Positions 1-5,686 of a DNA stretch of 10,943 bases are shown here, piece after piece. Position numbers and translations under genes: made by a program. This DNA comes from an uncultured Gammaproteobacteria bacterium (GTDB lineage Bacteria; Pseudomonadota; Gammaproteobacteria; UBA9214): contig CAWHCQ010000033.1 in the NCBI GenBank assembly GCA_963827755.1, positions 1 to 10,943 on the forward strand, in the 5' to 3' direction. Position 1 is the first letter of the stretch, and each line of letters begins with the position of its first letter. The notes below the pieces were generated by a model. The model ran no database searches, was not told the origin of the DNA, and saw only the letters and a list, made by a program, of their open reading frames with translations.

Positions 1-25
1 ATCGCGCTTTAGAAGCGCTCCTACA
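1..25 (-). repeat. GTAG-type REP arm (family A variant), possibly cut by the window edge
   Basis: atcgcgctttagaagcgctcctaca ends in CTAC (reverse-complement GTAG tail) and is 24/25 identical to 9696-9720. Confidence 0.75.
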
Positions 26-58
26 ATGCGCGATTCATTGGCTGTTAATTCGGTTAAT

Positions 59-117
59 TTGTGAGCGTGCTCCAGCTTACGAATATACCGGTTCGCCAGC
101 TGGCGCTGGCTCCTACA
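59..117. repeat. REP doublet (REPIN-like), GTAGGAGC family A
   Basis: Right arm ttcgccagctggcgctggctcctaca (92-117) is identical to 215-240 and 7655-7680. Left arm 59-83 is a degenerate tgtaggagcgagcgccagctcgcgaa. Resembles GTAGGAGC-type REPs known from Pseudomonas. Confidence 0.75.
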
Positions 118-153
118 ATGTAGATGGCGAATTTTCTGCGTTTCATTACCATC

Positions 154-180
154 TCAGGCGGGTCTGCCGACACAGAAATA
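154..180 (-). repeat. Exact 27-bp duplicate of the ugd 3' end (YFCVGRPA-stop)
   Basis: tcaggcgggtctgccgacacagaaata at 154-180 is identical to 276-302. Confidence 0.95.
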
Positions 181-240
181 AGCGAGCGATAGCTCGCGAA
201 TGGCTCGCGAATACTTCGCCAGCTGGCGCTGGCTCCTACA
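181..240. repeat. REP doublet, family A, left arm lacking its GTAG tail
   Basis: agcgagcgatagctcgcgaa (181-200) plus ttcgccagctggcgctggctcctaca (215-240); compare the intact doublet at 7625-7680. Confidence 0.8.
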
Positions 241-275
241 TGTTGAAATCATATTTTCTGTGGTCCGTTAGCCGT

Positions 276-1587
276 TCAGGCGGGTCTGCCGACACAGAAA
301 TACTCGAAGCCGAGGTCTTTCATGACGGCGGACTCGTATACGTTTCGCAGGTCAACAAAGACGTTATCGTTCATTAGCTTTTTAAGTTGAGTGAAGTCCA
401 GGCCGCGGTATTCGTTCCATTCGGTCATTAATACGATCGCATCGACCCCCTTGACCGCGTCATGGACATGGTCGAAGTATTTTACCTGCCCGGGAAGCAT
501 GTTCGCGGGCCTCTTTCATGCCCTGCGGGTCATGGGCGTGGATGACGGCGCCCTTGTCGACCAGGTTGGGGATGATCGCGAGTGACGGCGAGTCGCGCAT
601 GTCATCGGTTTCCGGCTTGAAGGTCAGGCCGAGGACGGCGATGGTCTTGCCGGACTCGCTGCCGCCGAGGGCCTCGCGGATCTTCTTCACCATGCGCGCC
701 TTCTGGGCGGCATTCACCTCGACCGCTGCCTCGACGATCCGGCAGGATGCGCCGTGTTCCTGTGCAATCCGGATCAGGGCGGTGGTGTCCTTGGGAAAGC
801 AGGAGCCGCCGTAGCCGGGGCCGGGGTGCAGAAACTTGCTGCCGATGCGCTTGTCCATGCCCATGCCCCTGGCCACGGCATGTACATCGGCACCCACGTG
901 TTCGCAGAGGTTCGCAATCTCGTTGATGAAACTGATCTTGGTGGCCAGGAAGGCGTTGGAGGCATATTTGACCAGTTCGGCACTTTCCAGGTTGGTGACG
1001 AGGATTGGCGCTTCTATCAGGTTGATCGGACGGTAGAGCTCGCGCAGCAGTTTTTCCGCCTGTTCACTTTCCACGCCAAGCACCACGCGGTCGGGGCGCA
1101 TGAAATCACTGATGGCCGCGCCTTCGCGCAGGAACTCCGGGTTGGAGGCCACGTCGAAATCCGCAGCCGGGTTGGTCTCCCTGATAATGCGCTCAACCTG
1201 CCGGGCGGTACCGACCGGCACCGTGGACTTGTCGACGATCACGGTGTAGCCGCTGAGGTGGGCGGCAATCTGCCGGGCCGCCTCGTAGACATAGACCAGG
1301 TCGGCATGGCCGTCACCGCGGCGGGTCGGTGTGCCGACGGCGATGAACACCAGGTCGGCGGCACCGACTGCCGGGTCATACTCGGTCGTAAATTGCAGGC
1401 GGCCGGCGGCGACGTTGCGGGCGACCAGGTCATCGAGGCCGGGTTCGTAGATCGGGATCTTGCCGGCGTTGAGCTGGTCGATCTTGTTTTGGTCGACGTC
1501 GATGCAGGTGACGGTGGCGCCGAATTCTGCGAAGCAGGCGCCGGAGACGAGGCCGACGTAGCCGGAGCCGATCATTACTACGTTCAT
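276..1587 (-). CDS. ugd: UDP-glucose 6-dehydrogenase; one apparent +1 frameshift near 508-510 joins ORFs 460-1587 and 276-500
   Basis: Rossmann motif GSGYVG, FIAVGTP, KSTVPVGT, SNPEFLREG, catalytic GYGGSCFPKD, LGLTFKPETDDMR. The C-terminal MTEW...VDLRN block continues in the neighbouring frame. Removing one base in gcccgcg restores EAANMLPGQ, so a sequencing error is likely. Confidence 0.95.
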
Positions 1588-1639
1588 GGTTTGTTATCCA
1601 TATCTTAAAGTTTGTGAAACGTTAAAAAGACCTTTAATG

Positions 1640-1832
1640 GCCACGGAATCCACGGAAGAACACGGAAAAATTTTAATTGCAAAAAAATCCTGATTTATCC
1701 CCTCTCCCGGCCCTCTCCTGGTCTATACACCCGGTGTGCATGCAAATGTTGTTTTATCTTTTCGTGTTCTTCCGTGGATTCCGTGGCTAAAAGGTTGTTG
1801 ATTTTTCCGTGAATTCCGTGTGTTTCCGTGGC
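1640..1832. mobile_element. Composite CACGGAA-triplet element, copy 1 (MITE/REP-like, no cargo)
   Basis: Forward arm gccacggaatccacggaagaacacggaaaa (1640-1669), a core with ctctcc..tctatacacccg..gttgttttatc, an inverted arm at 1759-1787 and a second inverted arm at 1802-1832. Same architecture as 5042-5650. Mobility is inferred, not shown. Confidence 0.7.
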
Positions 1833-1856
1833 TATAATATTTTGTAATTCATATTG

Positions 1857-2117
1857 TTACATCTTATCGGCTTCAGTTAAATACATTAATGCGCCTCTCG
1901 TTTGTGCATCCTGACCGGGATTTTGCCTGCCTTCTTCGGTCAATGGCAGGTCTTTCCAGGCACCGGCAAGCCGGGCTATGGATTCGGGCCATTCGCTGGC
2001 CAGTTCAGCCTTGATCAGGCGGGCTACCCAGTCGCTCTGTGACAGGTGTTCTGACTTTGCTGCAGCTGAGAGCTTTTTCTCGATTTCGTCTTCCAGGTCT
2101 ATTGTTACTTGCCTCAT
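1857..2117 (-). CDS. CopG/ribbon-helix-helix family protein, probable antitoxin without an adjacent toxin
   Basis: MRQVTIDLEDEIEKKLSAAAKSEHLSQSDWVARLI is an RHH pattern, followed by a WPESIARLAGAW tail; RBS GAGGTG upstream. The paralogous copy (~3224-3247) reads DAKREAL-stop, so the C-terminus here is probably extended by a 1-bp insertion. Confidence 0.8.
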   Translation of the reverse strand: MRQVTIDLEDEIEKKLSAAAKSEHLSQSDWVARLIKAELASEWPESIARLAGAWKDLPLTEEGRQNPGQDAQTRGALMYLTEADKM

Positions 2118-2241
2118 ATTTCACACCTCATCTGGACAGATATATTTGTAGTTGCCGGGCTGCCATTATCCTTGATTGTGGTATCGGCAGGGTTGGTTTG
2201 AAGTGTTCTGCTAAATTCGGGACCGGGTTAAGCAAGACATC

Positions 2242-2279
2242 TTGAAATGTACACGGTATGTACATACACTTGAACCATG
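2242..2279 (+). promoter_or_regulatory. sigma70-type promoter with TGTACA-N5-TGTACA operator, copy 1
   Basis: TTGAAA (2242-2247), 17-bp spacer tgtacacggtatgtaca, TACACT (2265-2270), and ATG 6 nt later with no RBS. Confidence 0.75.
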
Positions 2280-2309
2280 AAGCCTGAATGGGGCCCGGGA
2301 AAGGCTGCC
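2277..2309 (+). pseudogene. 11-codon remnant of a BrnT-like toxin N-terminus
   Basis: MKPEWGPGKAA aligns with MEYEWDPGRAV at 2517 and sits behind the same promoter; similarity then stops. Confidence 0.65.
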
Positions 2310-2370
2310 ATTCCAGTGATCACATAGTGTTGAGCGGTACATGGATACGAAATTTCATAACAACACTAAC

Positions 2371-2397
2371 GTCATACCCGCGAAGACGGGTATCCAG
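2371..2397 (+). repeat. Single arm of a GTCAT(T/A)CCCGCG..GCGGG(A/T)ATCCAG-type palindromic repeat
   Basis: gtcatacccgcgaagacgggtatccag with stem atacccg/cgggtat. Resembles the widespread dRS3/RPE-like palindrome (from recall); only one copy in the window. Confidence 0.55.
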
Positions 2398-2481
2398 TAG
2401 GTCACTGATTAGCAGGGGCACAATAATTCCTGGATTATTCGCTGCGCTCACCCTTCCGAGCAGCGGATAAAGTAGAAGACC

Positions 2482-2519
2482 TTGAAATGTACACAAAATG
2501 TACATACACTTGGGCCATG
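2482..2519 (+). promoter_or_regulatory. sigma70-type promoter with TGTACA-N5-TGTACA operator, copy 2 (brnT promoter)
   Basis: TTGAAA-tgtacacaaaatgtaca-TACACT-tgggcc-ATG, exactly 240 bp after copy 1. Confidence 0.8.
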
Positions 2520-3038
2520 GAGTACGAATGGGACCCAGGGAGGGCTGTCGAGAATCTGCGAAAACACAACGTAGATTTCGCTGATGCGGTTATCGCCCTT
2601 GAAGATGAAAATGCGCTTACGATCGAAGATCCCGATCACAAGGAGCGACGTTTCAAGACGCTGGGGATGGGTCCTTCTCTGAATATCCTGTTTGTGGTTC
2701 ATTGCGAACGCTCAGAGAACTGCATGATCAACGGAAGTGGGGAGCAGTATCGCTCATTTATTCATGTCGACAAGATCGTCCGTGCCATTGTGGGTGCCGC
2801 TGACGATCTGTGCCCTCCCGGCTTGTATAACGTAGTGGAGCACAACATGACGGTCGATGAGGTAGCCAGAGAGGTGCGCGATTTGTACCCGCAACTGGAG
2901 AGTATTCACGTAAATTATAATATTCGGATGAAAGATACACGCACACAGCTTCCCTGTCGCATATTCGATTATGTACCCTTGCCAAGCCACTCGCTACATG
3001 AGGAACTCCGAGTATTCAAGGAGAGCTTCTCATTCTGA
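2517..3038 (+). CDS. Chimeric ORF: C-terminally truncated BrnT-family toxin (2517-~2723) fused in frame to the C-terminal part of an NAD-dependent epimerase/dehydratase (~2724-3038)
   Basis: MEYEWD..K/R..NLRKH.VDF.DA..EERF/ERRF..LG..ILFVVH.ER is BrnT-like but lacks the terminal IRIISAR motif. INGSGEQYRSFIHVDKI...GLYNV matches the GxGxQxRxFxHVxD region of extended SDRs. Confidence 0.8.
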   Translation: MEYEWDPGRAVENLRKHNVDFADAVIALEDENALTIEDPDHKERRFKTLGMGPSLNILFVVHCERSENCMINGSGEQYRSFIHVDKIVRAIVGAADDLCPPGLYNVVEHNMTVDEVAREVRDLYPQLESIHVNYNIRMKDTRTQLPCRIFDYVPLPSHSLHEELRVFKESFSF

Positions 3039-3092
3039 GCAAACAAACCAGCTTGTATTAAAATCAGCCTCCTTGCCTGATTGACTTGAAGA

Positions 3093-3169
3093 CTCTCTCA
3101 TAAGATCCACGCCCACCGGGAGAGGTGATGTTGTTTTATCTTTTCGTGTTCTTGAGTGGATTCCGTGGC
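3093..3169. repeat. Partial CACGGAA-triplet element, copy 2 (core plus one inverted arm)
   Basis: ctctctc..gatcc..gggagag core, atgttgttttatc, then ttttcgtgttcttgagtggattccgtggc (3141-3169; 3 mismatches to 1759-1787). Confidence 0.8.
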
Positions 3170-3394
3170 TGTATTTTACTGTAATTCATATTGTTACATC
3201 CTTTTGGCTTCAGTTAAACACATTAAAGCGCCTCTCGTTTTGCATCCGGACAGATATATTTGCAGTTGCCGGGCTGCCATTATCCTTGATTGTGGTATCG
3301 GCAGGGTTGGTTTGAAGTGTTCTGATAAATTCTGACAACGGATCAGGCAGCACACCTTTCAATGTACACGAAATGTACATACACTTGGGCCATG
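3128..3394 (+). repeat. Internal duplication, copy 2, with the CopG gene almost entirely deleted
   Basis: Matches 1746-2279 except for loss of one CACGGAA arm and of 222 bp at catccggac (3243-3251). Confidence 0.9.
3357..3394 (+). promoter_or_regulatory. Promoter/operator copy 3, directly in front of brnA
   Basis: TTTCAA-tgtacacgaaatgtaca-TACACT-tgggcc-ATG; the -35 is altered relative to copies 1 and 2. Confidence 0.7.
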
Positions 3395-3640
3395 AGTGAA
3401 GATTTTAGCAAAGCCAAACGAGGCCCGGTTATTAAGCCCGATCCAAACAAGGTGAGAATTACTATCCGTCTGGATGCGGACATCATCGAGCATTTCAAGA
3501 AGATCGTGCATAAGTCTGGTGGCGGTAATTATCAAACGTTGATCAATGATGCCCTGAGAGAACAAATCAACGCACATGATAAAGGCCTGGAAAAAGCCCT
3601 CCGAAAAGTAATCCGGGAAGAACTCAAGAAAACAGGGTGA
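3392..3640 (+). CDS. brnA: BrnA antitoxin family protein
   Basis: DFSKAKRG..K.RITIRLD.DIIE.FK...GG.YQTLIN.ALR is the BrnA signature. Confidence 0.88.
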   Translation: MSEDFSKAKRGPVIKPDPNKVRITIRLDADIIEHFKKIVHKSGGGNYQTLINDALREQINAHDKGLEKALRKVIREELKKTG

Positions 3641-3728
3641 GAGGTAATCATGTTGGATTTACGAATATGAACAACGCGTAGTTTATATAGTATACTGGCG
3701 TCAGGAATCACAAATCAGGTAAATCGTC

Positions 3729-3938
3729 ATGGCAACACCAGAAGAAATCTTAAAAGAAGCAATTTCTCTTCGCCCTCTTGATCAGGCAAAACTGGTCGAT
3801 CGATTAATCGCTTGCCTGGATGCGCCTGATCCTGAGCTGGATAAAGTTTGGGCAGAAGAAGCAGAATCAAGACTAGATGCTTTTAAAAACGGAGAATTAA
3901 AGTCCGTTACATTGGAAAACGTATTGTCGAAAGTATAA
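3729..3938 (+). CDS. Addiction-module antitoxin component (TIGR02574-like)
   Basis: A.SL.P.DQA.LVD.L..LD.PD..LD..W..EAE.RL.A...GEL..V pattern, immediately followed by a ParE/RelE-like start. Confidence 0.85.
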   Translation: MATPEEILKEAISLRPLDQAKLVDRLIACLDAPDPELDKVWAEEAESRLDAFKNGELKSVTLENVLSKV

Positions 3939-4060
3939 ATGAGAATCGAATTTCTGGATGAGGCCCAATTGATCGAGTTAGACTGAGGCTGTCGAATACT
4001 ACAATAATGAAGTAAAAGGGCTGGGAGAAACCTTCTTACAGGAAGTGCTACATGCAATTG
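3939..4060 (+). pseudogene. RelE/ParE-family toxin, N-terminal ~40 codons only
   Basis: MRIEFLDEAQLIEL, then after a +1 shift TEAVEYYNNEVKGLGETFLQEVLHAI; this is a typical ParE-like N-terminus that breaks off at aattg (4056-4060). Confidence 0.8.
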
Positions 4061-4112
4061 GAACCTCGCGGAGCAGAGAAAACCGTTAAGGAAGATTGAA
4101 CCCCTGGAGTAG
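4056..4112 (+). pseudogene. C-terminal 18 codons of a DUF4160-family protein
   Basis: NWNLAEQRKPLRKIEPLE-stop is the characteristic DUF4160 ending and lies 4 nt before a DUF2442 gene, its usual partner. Confidence 0.8.
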
Positions 4113-4116
4113 ATCG

Positions 4117-4356
4117 ATGGTCCCGAAACTGAAAGAAGCAAAATACGTCAAGGCCTACACGCTGTGGCTGAGATTCGAGGACGGCTCCGAGGGTGAGGTG
4201 GACCTTGAATCGGAGTTGTGGGGGGAAGTCTTCGAGACGATCAAAGACCAGGAGGAGTTCAAGGCGTTTCGCCTCAATGCAGAACTCAACACCATCACCT
4301 GGCCTAATGGCGCCGACTTTGCCCCGGAATTTTTGTATCAGTCCATCTGCGCATGA
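4117..4356 (+). CDS. DUF2442 domain protein (DhiA-like antitoxin)
   Basis: Y.LWLRFEDGSEGEVDL...L.GEVFE.....F......TITWPNGADFAPEFLY motif; GGAG RBS upstream of ATG 4117. Confidence 0.88.
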   Translation: MVPKLKEAKYVKAYTLWLRFEDGSEGEVDLESELWGEVFETIKDQEEFKAFRLNAELNTITWPNGADFAPEFLYQSICA

Positions 4357-4488
4357 CGCAGCTGTTATGCGCTGATTATCATAATCGTTTGCAGCGGATT
4401 AAATGTATCGGAATGAGCGTTCACGCTCGAGCAGACAAGTTTTCACCGCGGGCCGGAAGATACAATCAGGCATATTAAAGGGCCACGG

Positions 4489-4713
4489 TCAGTCTTTGGA
4501 AAAATACGTATCCAGCTTATCAAGTAACGCCAGACCCTTTTCCAGATCACCCTTTGCCGCTAATGCGCGAAAACGCACCTCACTATCAAATTCAGCAAGT
4601 GCCTGGGTTGAGAGTTCCTCAACCAGCTTGTTTACACTCACATGCCGATGTTGTGCTAACGCTTTCAAACGGCTGTGTTTGTCGTCAGGTATCCGAATGG
4701 TCAACGTTGCCAT
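4489..4713 (-). CDS. RHH antitoxin (often annotated HicB-family), partner of the PIN toxin
   Basis: MATLTIRIPDDKHSRLKALA....SVNKL.EE RHH motif; starts 1 nt after the PIN stop, with a GAGG RBS. Confidence 0.85.
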   Translation of the reverse strand: MATLTIRIPDDKHSRLKALAQHRHVSVNKLVEELSTQALAEFDSEVRFRALAAKGDLEKGLALLDKLDTYFSKD

Positions 4714-4714
4714 A

Positions 4715-5036
4715 TTATTTACCTCTCAATAATCTTTCAGGTTTTACTATGGATAGACTTGGAAAATTTAATTCGGCATTTTGCAAATCATCAACATTGT
4801 TGGTAACAATATGCGTAGCATTCCCTGCCAGTGCCAGCTCGATCAAGAAATTATCTCCTTCATCAACTATGTTTGGGCGCCATAAATAGTAAATTGGCAC
4901 CCAATGACATATCCCATAAAAAGCATTGAGTAATTCCCTTACTTCCCCGCTTGTCAGCGGGCATACGTCCTGTATCCGCTGCCTGTTACTTACATCCTCA
5001 TACTCCATAAACAAGGCATTACTAATCAATGGGTTA
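4715..5036 (-). pseudogene. PIN-domain toxin (TIGR00305-like), 5'-truncated
   Basis: PLISNALFMEYEDV...WRPN..DEGDNFLIELALAGNATHIVT.N..D motifs are present. The N-terminal DTNV catalytic segment is absent, and the ORF start MFFRGFRGH is simply the translated repeat arm. Confidence 0.85.
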
Positions 5037-5221
5037 TAATGGCCACGGAATCCACGGAAGAACACGGAAAAATTTTAATTGCTAAAAAAATCCTTATTAA
5101 TTCTCTCTCCCGATCTATACACCCGACGGAAAGGGAAAGTTGTTTTATCAGCTCTTCCCCTGATTGAGTGGGTAACACATCAATTTTGACGTGACATATT
5201 CCTTCTAATAACAAGGTCGTT

Positions 5222-5528
5222 GGCCAAATGAATTTGGCCCTACAGTAGGGTCGAATTCATTCGACCAGCGGTGTGTCCCATAGCGCCCTGTAGGGTCGAA
5301 TTCATTCGACCAGCGGTGTTTCATCGTCATCACTCATCCAAAGGTGGCGACCGCGGGTAAACGTGGTGATGCAATAGACTTGATGGTGCAGGCAATGACA
5401 CCTCCTGCGCAATGCGTCGTAGGCCGGTTGGCCGAATGAATTCGGCCCTACAAATGCGACACAGGACATGGTGACCTCCTTGTCTCCAGTGGCAATAATG
5501 GCTGTTGGCCGAATGAATTCGGCCCTAC
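5222..5528. repeat. Cluster of five 22-bp GTAG REP hairpins (family B)
   Basis: gtagggtcgaattcattcgacc at 5245-5266 and 5290-5311; reverse copies at 5222-5243, 5430-5451 and 5507-5528. Stem changes are compensatory. Confidence 0.9.
5312..5469 (-). pseudogene. Remnant of a REP-associated tyrosine transposase (RAYT)
   Basis: AAGGAGG RBS and ATG TCC at 5469. After a REP, the frame reads YDALRRRCHCLHHQVYCITTFTRGRHL, resembling the RAYT N-terminal LRxGRxS...YxITTxTxxRxP. Flanked by GTAG REPs; no HUH core. Confidence 0.7.
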
Positions 5529-5686
5529 AACGGTAATCTACCCACCCGATCAGGGGAAGAGCCGTTTTATCTTTTCGTGTTCTTCCGTGGATTCCGTGGC
5601 TAAAGATTTTTTGAATTACCTTTCCGTGTATTTCCGTGTGCTTCCGTGGCTAATAAAGATGTACCCATCACAGCCACAGTCGACAC

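Larger units (their letters stand above)
1746..2279 (+). repeat. Internal duplication, copy 1 (paralogous to 3128-3394)
   Basis: Alignable blocks: atgttgttttatcttttcgtgttctt, tgtaattcatattgttacatc..gcgcctctcgttt, ggacagatatatttg..gaagtgttctg, and aatgtacac..acttg..ccatg. Confidence 0.9.
5151..5562. repeat. 24-bp inverted repeat pair bracketing the RAYT/REP cargo
   Basis: gctcttcccctgattgagtgggta (5151-5174) matches the reverse complement of tacccacccgatcaggggaagagc (5539-5562) at 22/24. Confidence 0.85.
5042..5650. mobile_element. Composite CACGGAA-triplet element, copy 3, carrying ~0.4 kb of cargo in its core
   Basis: 5037-5094 equals 1635-1691 apart from one extra T. Inverted arms at 5572-5600 and 5621-5650 correspond to 1759-1787 and 1802-1832. 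Confidence 0.75.

Noticed and set aside
495-515. Programmed frameshift or true pseudogene in ugd
   Set aside because: No slippery heptamer; a single extra base explains it, and similar indels occur throughout the window.
754-1608. 284-aa plus-strand ORF and other ORFs overlapping ugd
   Set aside because: Antisense shadows of a GC-rich conserved gene with no recognisable motifs.
2487-2516. Shared N-terminal peptide MYTKCTYTWA on ORFs 2487 and 3362
   Set aside because: It is the translated promoter/operator; the real starts are 2517 and 3392.
4403-4889. Plus-strand ORFs of 109 and 111 aa
   Set aside because: Antisense to the recognisable RHH antitoxin and PIN genes.
5037-5065. Full-length PIN gene starting at 5065
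   Set aside because: The start lies inside the repeat arm and the catalytic N-terminal DTN segment is missing.
1640-5650. CRISPR array made of CACGGAA or GTAG repeats
   Set aside because: Copies occur in both orientations with irregular spacing, no constant-length unique spacers and no cas genes.
1635-5650. Classical integron, prophage or IS composite transposon
   Set aside because: No intI, no full attC sites, no phage genes, no DDE transposase, and genes lie on both strands.
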